Origin: Amphiscolops sp. MND2022
Lineage: Eukaryota
NCBI GenBank assembly: GCA_964187785.1
Contig: OZ076409.1
Location: forward strand, 76,510,001 to 76,574,000
Length of the DNA: 64,000 nucleotides
Direction of reading: 5' to 3'
Under the pieces are notes generated by a model. That model did no database searches. It saw only the letters and a program-made list of their open reading frames with translations, and was not told the DNA's origin. The position numbers were made by a program, and so were the translations under genes. Shown piece after piece: positions 49,164 to 62,668 of this stretch (its first letter is position 1; every line of letters begins with the position of its first letter).

Positions 49164-51575
49164 TGTCGCAGCCCGATCCCGGTCTGGGATGCTGCTGCGA
49201 ACGCATTGGGATCGGGGGAGGACACGGTTGCAGTGTGCGGTTTCCCAGGTGGTACTTCAATTACTGATTTCAAACAATAATACTCATTTTCGAATTAAGC
49301 TGTGTTCGAAAATACAAAATGTACGTCTTCTTTGTGCAAATCACAAATGAAAATGAAAACAGGAAATTATATGAGCTAAAATGATTTCACGCATTTCCGG
49401 CAAGACGTTTGTGTCATGTCAGCATAGAAACAATCGGCACGTGAAAACTTAATTAAGATGCGTCTTGAGAGAAAGATCATGGGCTAATCTAAATAGAAAC
49501 ATATCCAAAATCTTCTCTGAGAAATCATTACATGGAGATGGCACACAAAGGCGCTTACGTCTTGAATCAAGAAACGCAAGGAAATCGAATGCGACGTATA
49601 TATGTCGTTGAATAAACAAATTTGGCCGTGACGTCACAGCTACGTCAGATAACTAGAATTCATTCCAAAATCCTGGTCAATACCACGTCACAGCTACGTC
49701 AGCTAGCTAGAATTCATTCCAAAATCCTGGTCAATACCACGTCACAGCTACGTCAGCTAGCTAGAATTCATTCCAAAATCCTGGTCAATACCACGTCACA
49801 GCTACGTCAGCTAGCTAGAAATAATTCAAAAATCTTGGTCAATGCTACGTCACAGTTTCGTTAATCAGCCGATTTTTAATCACTACTACGTCGTAAGTTC
49901 GTTGGGAAAGACGCAGACAGTATTGGATTTGAAGAATTACATGTCCTACTGAAAAGTATTCAGCAATTGATGTGATCTTAGTAATCAAAACGACATCTGA
50001 TTCGAGGAGGGATAACAATCTAACGTTTCTTATGCTCTAATCGCTTCAAGATTCAGTAACATAAGAGACATTTTGGCAATTAAATGACGTCTACCGTCAA
50101 TTAGACATAAAATAACCTGACTTGGAGGAATAGAAATGATATATAGTATTTGGTCGGTGAAATGTTAGGAAGGTCACAACTTGTAGTTACAACCAAAGTA
50201 AAACTGAGCTAATGTACTTTTCCACACTGTAAGAATCTTTTCATATACTTGTAATTTTGTATTTGACTCCCGTTAGGGATGTTCCAATATTATATGATTG
50301 GACCAACGTTGTTATGTCGTAACTTAGCTCATAATCAGTATTTGAACGCCATGGCCTAACCCTCTCTACTCGTTGCTGAATGAATGATTTTATAACTTTT
50401 CTTTTAGACGATGTTCTTCTTGTTCGTTACTAAAACGTGCTGCGCAATATCAATATTGTTTGTTGAAAAGGTTGTTTTTATTTCAAATGTTAATGACTAG
50501 TTTTCAAGTGTTTACGTTGTGCCGACGATTTCTCATTGTGCTTAATTAAATAAATGAATTCAATTAACCACGGTAATCTAAATTGTGTAATTCACGGACA
50601 ATTTATCACCTCTTAGCATCGTTTAAAGAATCTTTTGTGAATTAGTTTTCCCTTTTTTGAACCAAAATTCAAAACCGAGCATCAGTTGTTCACGTCAGCG
50701 TCATCTCAGCGTCAATTTTCCCGCCAACCAAAGCAGCAAAACAGGGAAATGTTTCCGGTTAGACAGGCTGAAGTAATATCTACTTCCTGCGTGGGAGGAA
50801 TCAAGAGGACGCCAAAATGAAATGATATGACCATGTTTGATGACTAATGCTGGAATAAATTTTTTGTGTCTTGAAAATTGACGACATGTCGACGCAAATT
50901 CGGGATCATAATCTTTTTTTTTCATCGAAAGTACAGGAAATGACTAATTGTTCATAGGAAATTAAGAGTTTATTCGTGATCAAATGATGCTAGGAGGGTG
51001 TAAATAAAATGTGTAACGATGCTAAGGGGACTCAGTCTTTTCATTCTGCTTTAAAACAGTTACATAATTGGTCTCCGATTCTAAAGCCCTCATCTCAACT
51101 TTGTTGAAAAATACAGCTTGAAAGTCAATTAAAAGTCAAAACATGAATCTTTTCTTTCGAAAAATGTCGACAACAAGAAGTCAAAAGAGAAAGAACTGTT
51201 TAGAGAAAGAACAGCAGGAGAGCACCGAGACTGTAAGTGAATGCTTAGTTTCACCAATAATATCGGAAAACGTTTGACACTCAAAGAAAGACGTAAACAT
51301 TGCGGGACCTTCTAACGCAAAATGTCCCAGGATTGAAAACTGCTTCTTAGAGAAGTTAAGAGCTTCTTTGAAGGAAGAGATAACTTCTGAAATCAAAAAT
51401 CTCCTCGTAGAATCTCAAAAGGAAACGTTGAAACTATTGAAACCTAAAACAGGAGAAAAAGTGTGGGGAAATGCTGATGAAGAACCAGAAAATACGACAA
51501 AGAATTTCTACACTCCTACAAAATCTGTTAGGATTATTTCAACCCAAAACGACGACCCAAACACGAGTCGTAACA
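49164..51575 (+). mobile_element. Solo LTR, 2412 bp
   Basis: TGTCGC...GTAACA termini, perfect 5-bp TSD cccgg (49159-49163 and 51576-51580), no internal pol. Confidence 0.9.
49631..49856. repeat. 54-bp tandem repeat x~4.2 inside the solo LTR
   Basis: acgtcacagctacgtcagctagctagaattcattccaaaatcctggtcaatacc at 49631, 49685, 49739, 49793, and partial at 49847. Confidence 0.95.
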
Positions 51576-51984
51576 CCCGGTATGGTATGTTACAAGGGAA
51601 AACAAGTAAAAACTTCTTTGGTTCAGTTCGCTAGGCCAAATGGCGCAATTTGGTGCAATAATATTTTGCAGAACTTTTAAGAACTAATTTGGTCAGTTCG
51701 TTTGGATTGAAAAAAAATCACTATAATAGTCGCGCTTCACTGGCGAGCGCAGCAGTGAGTTCTTATTCTCTTAGCTTGTGACGTCACGAAAATTCACTCT
51801 TATAGGCTTGAGCGCAAATAGCTCGATTAAGAAACGACGCTATTGGTCCGTTAGGGAAGAAGTACAAGCTAAGCAGCTTCGCTAATTGATGCTGTCATTA
51901 CGTTGTAATTGTTTGTTTAAATTGCTTGACTGTAATTTAGATGATTTCTAACAAGTACCTCAGTACTGAAAAATTTTCCACCTT

Positions 51985-52975
51985 TGTAATGACTCTCGTC
52001 TTGAGTCTTTTCGTATGATTCAACAATTCCAGACATCGAAGTTATATTCTCGGTGGAAATGCTGTTTGTTCCCAGACGTACGTTCCCAATAGTTCTTCCA
52101 GACAAGGAGTGTATTTTTGATGACAGATTTTCTAACTTCCTAAGAATCTCCCTCTGACCAATCTCTGCCTCCTTTATTCTCTTTCCGACGGTTTTTTCCA
52201 CTCTCTCAGAGGGATTTCCGAAAAGTCCTAACAGGGAAACTGGGCACTTTTTTGGTCCTTTGACTCGCAATCTCGGGCTCCCCTATTGAACCAATTGATG
52301 AATTCACTCTGGCTTTCATTTTAGATGATCTTTCGGGCACCTTATCTCAAAGTAGTGATTAAACGAGGTTTTGATCTTTCTTCTGCAACTAGGCGGAGAA
52401 GATTGACAGTTTTTGAATTGTTTTGGTGATTGTTGGGAATCATACAACTGTCAAAAATTCCGCAAAAAGTGGTAATCAATCCAATTTCAATTTGACAGAT
52501 ACATATATACGTTACACTCAGGAAATCGGGGAAAAACATACACAATTTTGACGCCTTGTTCGGCTCGGCGTCCCTCAAAAGCAAGGAAGGTGGAAGCTCA
52601 GTTCCGCTGCTCTGTCGAACTCAGACTCTCAGTTTGTTCATGCTCTCGGAGAAGGAAAAGCGCCCACCTCCTGTAAGTGTTGCGAGTCCGCATGCCTTCT
52701 CTTCCGGTTCCCACCTTCTCAAGACGCCGAAGCTTAACTCAGCATCGAAAATATGGAATGAATCCTTGAACACAACTGATGAAGAAAATTGGGACAAAAT
52801 AATGACAATCAAAACTTTACAGAGGACAAATTGTCTCTCGATTAAATTTAAAATCTCTAAAATACTGCGGGAAGATCATAACTAACTCAAAACGCTGGAT
52901 TCTCAGATCATTAATTGTGGCAAATCACAAAAGGGGAAAGTCCTTATCCCAGGCCGTAGACTGGGATGGTCAACA
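51985..52975 (-). mobile_element. Gypsy LTR copy; 3' end at 51985, 5' end uncertain
   Basis: 51985-52270 is homologous to 62669-62941; candidate minus-strand start TGTTGACCATCCCAG at 52975; no TSD or PPT confirmed. Confidence 0.65.
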
Positions 52976-55900
52976 GGTTAAATACTATTTTTATGGAAAA
53001 CTGTTTTACAAACTGCTTGTACTCAACAATTACGAAAATGAACTTTAATGAACGAAAATACAAAACTTCATTTCCCTTGAAAGGTAAAATTATCACAATC
53101 ATCAACGCAATCCGTTTTTACACTGAATTCAAAATTCCTTTGTCCTGAGGAACGTCCTGGGCCATATCACATGCTTATTGTTTTTTTACAGTATACTTGT
53201 ATCATTTGCAACAGTTACGTAATCCGCATCATTTCAACAATCATTTGATTGCAATAGGTAAGTTTACATGAATTTAACAGCAGCGCTTTTGTGGCTATGT
53301 TAGGGTGGATTAAACATTTTATAGTTGAGGCCGCTTGCCAGGCCAACGTCTCAATTGGCATATTTGAGGCCGGCTGCCGGGCCTTGGTACTGCTATTCAC
53401 TCTCTCAGGCCGTGTGTTTCGAATGGTATTAATTATATAGCACTGTAATGATAGTCTTCACAATATCGCTGTATTGGTTAGTGCACCATATACATGCATA
53501 TGTTTACATAAGCATACAAATATTAGTTATGTTTCTATTTAATTATTTTATTGTTTTAGCGACGTTATTTTAATTTAATAAGGAATTATAATTAAGTATT
53601 AGCCGTTTTAAGTGTTGTTTCTGTTAGTTGTCTTTTTTCTTTCATTTCCCATTTCCTTCTCTATAGACTTCGTTTTTTTATTGCACAACTCACAGCTCAG
53701 CTGGGGCTGTGACAGTCCTCAGCTTCGGTACTCAGTCTCTCCTGGGAGAACGAATTGGGTAATGGTTCTTATTGGAGTATCGGAGAAGTTGCTGTGTCGT
53801 CTCGCATGGAATCAAATGATAGCCAAGATGAATCTGAGTCCCAGTTGCTGCCCGAGTGGTAGCCTTTATAGCTGCTATAATCGCTGATCGGAATGAGGAA
53901 GGAGTCATCGGGTCATCGTCATTTTTCCTCAAACGGGTACTGTAGAAGAGAAACCTTGACACTTTGATGTCCTTTCGTTATTTTTGATCCTTAGATATGG
54001 CGCGACTTGGGCCGTTCCCGGCTTGTTTCAGATTGTTTGAGACAACAATGGGCTCTACTGATGAAGATAACGTCCTTTTGTACCGCAGTCATGGTGCGAT
54101 GTTGTTGAAGAGTGAAGTCGAAGTTGAGTCAGTGGTGGAATCTGTGGTTCGTGGAGAAATCGAGACCAATAAAAGTGTTGACAATACAAAAATTGATATG
54201 AAGAGGTGGACGAGAGTAGGACTGCTGTGCCCAATCTTAGTGGTTTTCTCGGAAAAAAATCCATTGACGGTGTGGATGACGAGGACAGTAAGAGTCGCGT
54301 AGAGACAGGACCGTTCCATTCTGCCACCTACGGAAAACGGACGGCATGATATCGACCACTTAGCAAGACAGAAAGGTAACCCTTCCTAGAATTTGATATG
54401 TCTCTAGTTATGTCTAGGTAATAAAAACGCTTTCTTTTTACATCTACTTTCTATAGTGACTGATGATGAGCAATACAAAGAATACGCCCCTTCCTTCAGG
54501 ACGAGGTCATAAACAAAAAAAACATCGAACTAGTCGTGTGTTGTCTTCTGGGAGTCTGTGGGTCGCTAGGAGAGGACGATGGTCCGACGTTGTTGCCGGG
54601 GATATACCTAGGCCGCCGACACTATATGACAATTCTGGGGACAATTACGAGCCACCCACTGTTTCTGATTCCAAAACACTTGAAAGTAAGTATTTCCTCA
54701 TCTTTCTGGTTGTGTGTACTTTGGACATCTGGTGCGTTTTGGCAAGATCCACTTTGTACTTCCTGTATCTTCTACTTCCACAGAGAGTGATGTTTTCATA
54801 TGTAAACAAGTCTTCTACTTCCACAGAGAGTGATGTCTTCATATGTGAACAAGTTATGGATACGCCTGCCCCAGAGAGTGAAACTGCTTCTGTACTACCA
54901 CAGGATTGTGGTCGCCCTCCGAGGACCCAGCACTCGTGCGGCAGTCGGGCTGGAACCCTCTGTTGTTCATAACGAGTGGGAAAAAGGTTTAGTTTCATAC
55001 TTCTATTGTCTCGTTGTATCTTTTCTCTTTCCGTTTTCTTATCTTGGTCTGTTGGTTGGCTGTTGGGTTCTTATCGTCTGCTGTGTTGTTACGAGTTGTT
55101 TTGTTATTCAGCTGGTTTGGAGTCTGTTCCCACTGGATCCCCTGTGCTGATGTGTGCGGCTTAGTGCGTGTTGCTCGCTTGATGTGCTGCACTTTCTGGG
55201 CGGACTGAAACTCTGAGGGAAACGAAGGCTCTGGCTAAACGCGAGTATCCCGTTTGGATGATCTCTTCTTCTGCGGTGATTGTTGGCGTGTTTCCGTGTT
55301 TGTGTTCTTTTCTCCTTGTTTATGGACTTTATGTGGAATTGGGCGTCTGTGTATCAGCTATCATCAGCCTTAGCCTTTTAGAATTGTGTTGTTTTAGAGT
55401 CTGAAGAGTTGTCTCAGTTGTTAAATGTAAAAAGGGTTGATGCTAACAACCCTGGTTGAGTATTGGATCCATTAGAAGTCAAGAAAGAGCGACTGTTAGC
55501 CAGAAACGAAAAACGGACCAAGAAACAGACTGAGCGCCACGTAATGACCAAAGCAATGAGCGAAAATTCGATTCCCAGGGTATTCGTGAGCCAGCGTAAG
55601 GACTAAAGCCCTGACGGGTTTAACTGCTCAGTTTGTCAGAAGGATGGTATTTTCATGCCTCGTGGTTACTCTGCCACTTTACAGTCCCTATGCTCCGTTG
55701 TCGTGGAGCAAGAGCGAGACCCTGGTTGTATTAATTCAAACTCTATTTCCTTGAGTGCTTCGCCGTCTGACGTCATGGCTAGGAGACAGTCGTTTTGGCG
55801 TGTCGCTGCAGTCTTCTTATCTCGGTGTGAGATGTACCGTTCGCTGCTCTCCCGATGACTCCTTGCTGGAAGTGTGTCTCACAGGTGAGGACCATGGTGC

Positions 55901-58199
55901 CGCGTGTGAAGCCGTGTTGCACTGTTTGTCTTGGGTGCTGTCACTGGTTTCGACTGATAAAGGCCTGTAGCTATCCAGGGTTGTCCTCCAGTGCTATTCA
56001 ACGCTTTTATTTACTGCAGTCTTTCCGTGGTCGAACCAGTTCCAATTGTTTCTGTTGTTTTTAAACAGTGATGCTTTACGTCGACTCATTCATGAGGCTA
56101 GCTTCATGTGCGTTGGATCAGTCGATCCCTTCTCGACTGCCTATAATTGGCGCAACGACTGAGAAGGGTTTGTGATCAAGCTTGGCTGTGGCAGTTGCCC
56201 CAGTTCCGCCGTTGTCGGTTAGCCATGTTGCAGGTCGTCTTGTTGTGTTTCCGTGCGAATTTGCATAAACCAATTTGATCACGCTGCTAAAGATTATGCT
56301 AGTAGGAATTACATTGGCGTTTGCTTCTTCCATTGCTTTCTATCGATGACTGGTTCGAGGATGTTGGCAAACAATTAAACAGCTGGGCTGGGCAAGCGTC
56401 ACTTTAGCAAAATGTCTCCAGGGGGAGCCTGGTATTTTAAAGGCATTGCGGGGTTTCCATGAAACGCCATGACATACGTTCCTGCGTGAGTGTCGTGGAT
56501 ATTTACTGGATCTGTTGACACTGTTGAAGTCGCTCCCATATATCCATTCCCGTACGCTCAGTTGTTTGAGTGTCGGAATGCTCTGTGAAGCGGATGCGAA
56601 TTACGTGGTGGAGTTGTTCCAGGATCTCCAGTGTTCTAGAAGAATCTGGATGTTTGGGTAATTGGGATCGAGAGGGGTCCATCAACGAGTTCAATAATGC
56701 TTGGTGGTTGATCTGCGTCGTTCGCCAGTTAACGATTCTCGTATTGCTGACGTTTCCCAGTATTTAGAAAGTCTCGACAATTATCAGTGTCGGAGTAGTG
56801 TTAAGCGGACGGTTAGATTGGCGGCAGTTATCGTGTGACCACCGCCTGGCGCCCTGCCTTTGGTTGATGTTTCTGTCAGTGGAACTCGTCCGTCTCCCGG
56901 CTGCAGTTATTCGTTCGGGTTTTGGGTGCGTGCAGTCATTCGTTCTCCAGCCGAAGTTCGTCTCCAACGATATGCTCACTATGGAGTGCTTTTACGAGCT
57001 CCGAGCTCAAAAGTAGTTTGCCAGTTGGACACCAGTTCCTGTCTCGTGGGGAATTCGATCCCTTTGCTGCTGTAAGTCGTCATGCTAGTGCTGACATTCA
57101 TGCTAGTTTTTTCCAGTGATACACCGCTCCTTACTGTGGACAAGTGGAAGGATGGACGTCACGTATGGCATCGGGTTCAGAGCGGCTACAAGAGTGTTGC
57201 TACTGCTTCAACTTCGAGAGCTAATACCACCAATGGAGTTTCTGGAGCTGGTAGTCAGATTCGGTTTCCGCCTTTCAACCAAAAAAGGGAAGTAAAACAT
57301 CTACACAAGGGAAATCATTTGAACTGGATTGTTGCTGTGAAACGTTTTCTTATAGACATTGTCTTTGCAGCTTCTCTAACTGTATTTATATTGCTGAATT
57401 TGTTGTTTGATTCCACAAGTCGGTTTTTGGAAGAAAACTGATTTTAGAGGAAAACTGTCTCTCTGTTTTGAGGGAGGAGATAGAAGAGAGAAAAAATCAG
57501 GGTCGGGTCATTGTTTCATTGGGTAATCTTTATTTTAGTTTTCAGCCTCTGTTTGAGTTTTCATCCAAGTCTAGAGCGAGAGAGTCTATAGCCATTGCAT
57601 ATTGAGGAGATTTTAGGATAAGTTCACGATGTCCGTCCAGGTTAGTGCCTGAGGAGTTTTCAATTTTGTGATCTCCGACCATCGCCAAGGCCTAGATTCG
57701 ATATGGTTTGAAATTCTGGGCCGTCGTCCGTTCGAAATCGTCAGTTATTCTGAATTGACATCTATGTAATTGATATAGGGAAAATCTGGTTTCCAAATTG
57801 AAGCTGGGTTTTGTCGAAGGTTGTAGTTGAATTTTCGGGGGGATTTATGAAATAGAGCATTATCTTCGGGTTCATTGGGGATAACTAGGATTGGTCCATC
57901 TTTTTGATTTCCCGTGTGATTAATTATGTTGTGGGGTTCCTGTATTGGGTCGGGGATTGAGGGGTTGGGACCTGTTGATGGGTGTTTATTTTCTGGGGTC
58001 GGCTGTAATAATTTGGTTTCAGATGGCCGATTCTCTTCTGTGTGATTATTATATTCTTAGTAGGTTTCATGCTCTCTTGCCATGCCATTGCGAATAAGTC
58101 ATCGTGTTGTTTTACGAACTACGTATCCTGCTGAAAGTCTGTGGCTTAAACTGTGATTTCAGGCTGATGCTTTTTGCCATGATAGTGTTTATGACGGAC

Positions 58200-61100
58200 G
58201 TTGATTTTGGTTGAGGATTCGCTGCGTTTGTCGCAGGACTCCTTCGGGTGTTTCGCTGTTGATTACGAAATCGCGTTGCCGTTTCAAGCCATACTTGAGG
58301 TCGAGTACATTATAAGGTACTCTTCTATGGAAAACTATGCTAAGCTCGTGGCCTAGGGAGGGGAGGTGTGGTAGAAGGTTTTATAAGTCAACACAGCCAT
58401 CGGTAGGATTTAATGCCATTTCGTGCGTCTTTCACCTGTCATGATTTTAAGGTTTTCTTTAAGGGGGCGTGGGTCCTCTCCAGGATGCCTTTTTTCTGGA
58501 CGTGTTTGGTGATGGCATGTTTCAACTGGATGACTAAAACCTTTATTGTTTGTTCCATTGCTTCTGATATGACCTGGGTTCCTCGTTATTAATTATCCTC
58601 GTTGATAGGTATCAATGTCTGGTGATGATATCTGTTAAAACGCGAGCAATTGTTTCTGAGTCGATCCGAACTATACTGTGTGCAAAAAGGCACCTCGTGA
58701 ACACGTCCATGGCCCTGATGATTGCATTGTAACTACCCGATGGATCGTAAAATGGTACTATGTCCATATGTAATTCCTTTCCGGGTCCGATTGCTATCTG
58801 CGACGTGTCTATCAATGGTGGTGTGATTGTATTGTTTGGTGCCCTCTTCGTTTGGATACACTTGGTGCCTTGCTAGATGTGTTGGCATATTTCGAACGGA
58901 AACACTGGGAAACAGTAATATTCGCGGCATTGCTGTATGGCTTTGGCAATGCCGAGGTGTTTCCCAAACATCCCTTGTTGGTGTTGGATAAATTCGTCTA
59001 CCAGTTGTTGCGGGAGCAACACTTGTAAGTATTTCACTTTGTCGGTATTTCCGAAATACAGTCTATACAGGAGTCCGTCCTTGATGATACTTCAATCCTC
59101 CTGGACTAGATATTTTGCTGCTCTGGAGTCATCGTTTAGGAGTTGGATGTCGTACCTTCCCTTCAGGATTTTGAGTTTGAGATTTCTGAGTATAGGGTCT
59201 AGATCTTGGTGTGGTCTCAAATTGCGCGGGAAATTAGTGTCGTAGTGCAGTTGGCGCCTTTGCTCTCTGTCTGGGCCCTCTATATTATTGCAGACCATAA
59301 ATAAAATCTCCGTTTTAGAGATTGTATAATGAATATCAGTTTTGGTTTCAGTTCGTTGCTCCGGGGGAGTATAGATTTCCTTTCGGGCTCGCTGTTTGCT
59401 TTCCCAAATGTCCTTTCCTGTTTCGGAGTCGTCTTCTGGAAAGAAGTAGAAATGATTTTTCCCGTGGATTTCGGAAAATTGTATGTTCACCTGTATTGGT
59501 GTCGTTTGAAGTTTTTCTCTGATTTGGAGAAGGACCTTTTCTTTGGGGTTGATGTCTAGGCGGGATCGGAAATCCGCCGCTGTGTTCATCCTCGCTGGTA
59601 CGTGGGCGATTTTGAAATAGACTTGCTAGACATAATCACAGGCGTTCCAGAGTGTTCATTTTTGTTTGCAAAAATCTGGTGACAGATTTGTTGTCCGTTA
59701 ATATGATTGTTAGTTTGGAGGAGCCCCACAAGATATGGCTGTATTCCATAAAACAAAATAGATTGCCTGAATTTCCTTTGCATAGATCGACATCTTCAGT
59801 TGCGAGAGTGGGAATGTCTTGGAGCCAAATGTGACTGGCGCATTAGTTTTCTTGGTTGAGGTGATTTTTTGTTCCGGATCTTCTTCAGCCATCAAGGCAT
59901 AGCCAGCGTTCTTGAAGTTTGTGTCTATCATCAACACATTCTACCGGTTTGGCAGTGGCTGTTTGAGACACAATCCGCATTATCAAGAAATTCATATTTA
60001 TAAATTACCTACTACCAGAGGTTCCCCGGTGCAGTGATTGGTGGCTGGGTTGATGACACCGGTTGTGTTTGATGTTTGACGATACGTCCGTATGGGCGGT
60101 ATTGGTTTTCGTTTGGATGGTCTCAGGCGGTATGGTGATGGGGTTTTTGGTTTGGACTTTGTTTGAATTTTTATTTCGGGTACTCTCATCTGTCTCTACA
60201 GAGTATTTGAGTTTGAGGAAGTGTGATAGCCCTTGGCTAACGTCCAGAATGGCGCTATTAAGGAACGTAACACCAAGTATGGGTCCCGTAATGCGTTTGG
60301 CGACGATGAATGTCACCTTAAATTTCCAATCTCCGATCCCGAATTGGAGTAATATCGTCTTGGTGGGGGTTTTGACTTTGGCGACTTTGACTTTGAACGG
60401 GGTGGTTCTGTCTCTTTGACTACGTTTTAGGGGACATTTGTGGTTTTTTATTGTAGTCAGCTTCTGAGAGACAATTGACGAGGGCACCAGAATCAATAAG
60501 GGCGCCCAAGGTACGCTCCTGGAAATCCATGGGGCAAACAGTATTTTTTTCATTTTCTTAAGGGTAACCGCCAAAGAAATGAGTCGGCAAGTTCTTTTCG
60601 TGATCGGATCTTGGGTTAGGTATTCTTCAATCTGAGCGACGGGGTAGGCGTGTGATTCGCGCTGGTTCAGTGTGTGTTGTTCATCACCGGTGGATTGAGA
60701 TTGTGTGTTGTTTGGATCAGCCGTAATGAGTCGAGAGTCCTCAACTTCATTTTCGGCTGGAGGTTGGAAAGTAGGGTTGGTTATGACTTCTCGTTTGAGG
60801 AGGTAGGTTGCAGAAGCAGAGATTTTTAAATTCTTCTTGTTTGCGGTTAGGAGACATTTTTCTTCGTGGCATTTGTTTGTCGGGTGAAATCCACGGCTTC
60901 AGACGTGGACCCGTCAGTTATGGTTTTATTTGTTTGGAAAGCGGGTGCGAGTTCCATTGTGGGTGACCTAAGGTTGCCGACTCTGATGGGGTTGATCACT
61001 TGGTCTTTCGCTGGCGATTGGAAAAAGGTGGAGGTTGATCCTTTGTTTTTGAGGATGGATTTTTTGTAGGGTTTAGGTGACCTGCTGGGATTTCGGTCAC

Positions 61101-62668
61101 ACGTTATGCGTCTTAGTTGTATTCTGGGACGGGTTGGATGTGTTTCGTTCGATGACGGGGTTCTGTGGATATGCTCTTTCCAGTTTGTTTATTATACTCC
61201 TCGAATGGCGTGCTTGTTTGTTGTTTGAAAGTCAAGGTAGTTCGGTCATGGATCTGAGGGTTGTGGTACGGGTCGCAGTTGATGTCTGGGTAGTGTATAT
61301 ATATTTCGGGAGAAGTACTTGCCAATAAGGGTCGTTTTGTGGTATTGTAGTCGGTAGGGTTTTCAAGATACCATAGGGGGTAGTCTTTTTTGGTTGTCGT
61401 TTGGCGGCTGTGTCTGTTGAGCTTGTGAATCTGCCATCTTTGCTGAAGGTCGAGAGAGATGGCTGATATTGGCACTCGTCAGTTACTTCCTGATCGAAGG
61501 TGTTTGGGGGTTTGGATGTTGTGCATTGTCGGGTTTCGACTATTTCCGCAAACTCAAGATGTGGCGAAACTAGTTTTCTGGCTGGGTTTACTTTTGATTT
61601 TGGGTTTGAGGTTGTGGGATTGCGGGGATTTGTACTTGGTAGCCCTTTTGGTTACTAGGAAGGTTTTGGTACAGCGTTTGGTTTAGGTGAAAGTTATCTT
61701 TAGTGTACTGACCTATGTTGCTTGGAGGGATAGTTTTGGATGTTTCCTACCACCATTGGGGTTTTTTGGCCCAGTTTGCTTCTGAATAGCACTCTTGGGT
61801 TCTTGGGTTGTGTGACTCTTCTTTCCGCTTGTTCCGCACGGTTCAGCGATTATGTTTGTGATACGGTTGCCTTTATTGCGTGCCTCTCTGGCTGTTTTTT
61901 GCCAGTTTCTGATGGTATGGCCAGAGTGCTCGCAACCATTGCATGGTAAGACTGGGTTGGGTGGGTTCTGTAGTTGGGGTAACCTGTTCGTCGATTTGAT
62001 GTGTTTCAATTAAATTGGTTTCAGTGGGTGCTCAGAGATCGTTTAACCCCATGGCAGGCTCAAGTTGTTGAACCATTGTGTCGTATGGTTGTTTCCAAAA
62101 GTGCTTGGTTCAACACTCTTTTAAGATTGGGTGGCATTTTCGCATAGAAAGAAGTTTCGATGTATTTGGGGCATCGTCTCCATATGCCCCTTGGGCGATT
62201 TTCTGGTACTGTTCCAAGAAGTCTTGAAATGTTTAATGGGAAGGGTGCAAATGGAGTTGCTCTCGCTTGCATCTCGCTGTTGCTACAGATTGGGGGCGAA
62301 TATTTCTGCGGCGAAAAGTGGCGATGAGCGAAGGCTGGCAAGGTTTGTGTTAGTGATATTCCGATATGTCTGCACGAAATCAGCTCTGAGGAGGGAGTGA
62401 TAATAGTGTATTCGCTTTTCTTCGCAGTTGTTTGGGTACACTTTGAGGCCTGTCTTGAAGATGTCTTCAAAATGTTCGAATTTGTCGTTGCGTCCGTCGA
62501 ACGTAGGCATTGTTGTCAACAATGCTATGGTAGTCTTGGGAGTCCTAGACTTTGCTGGGTCACGCTTTCGAGGAATTCTAGTTGACGATGTCGGGGTCTT
62601 TTTGGTTGGGTGTGGCAGGCTTGATGATGTTGTTTGCATTTCGGGTTGACCTGTAACCCCTGTCACCA
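58200..62668 (-). pseudogene. Gypsy gag-PR-(RT deleted)-RH-IN, decayed
   Basis: gag TFDGRNDKFEHFEDIF and knuckle CNGCEHSGH; protease ALIDSGA (~60500); RNase H IDTNFKNAGYAL...SIYAKEIQAIY (59710-59937); integrase KHLGIAK, ELHMDIVP, MDVFTR (58600-59000). No RT motifs between PR and RH. Confidence 0.88.
62651..62668 (-). promoter_or_regulatory. Primer-binding site
   Basis: TGGTGACAGGGG follows the LTR end ...CATTACA on the minus strand; the primer tRNA is not assigned. Confidence 0.7.

Larger units (their letters stand above)
48630..51741 (-). mobile_element. HINE-family element interrupted by a solo LTR
   Basis: 48630-49163 and 51576-51741 rejoin to match 20161-20800 (ggtctcgcc(c)ggtatgg..tgttac). 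Confidence 0.85.

Noticed and set aside
49622..49864. 18-aa repeat protein ORF (TSQLRQLARIHSKILVNT)n
   Set aside because: A by-product of a 54-bp tandem repeat in an LTR; no ATG start or splice support.
55400..57450. Definite env gene call
   Set aside because: No recognisable fusion-protein motif could be read through the frameshifts; kept only as an open finding.
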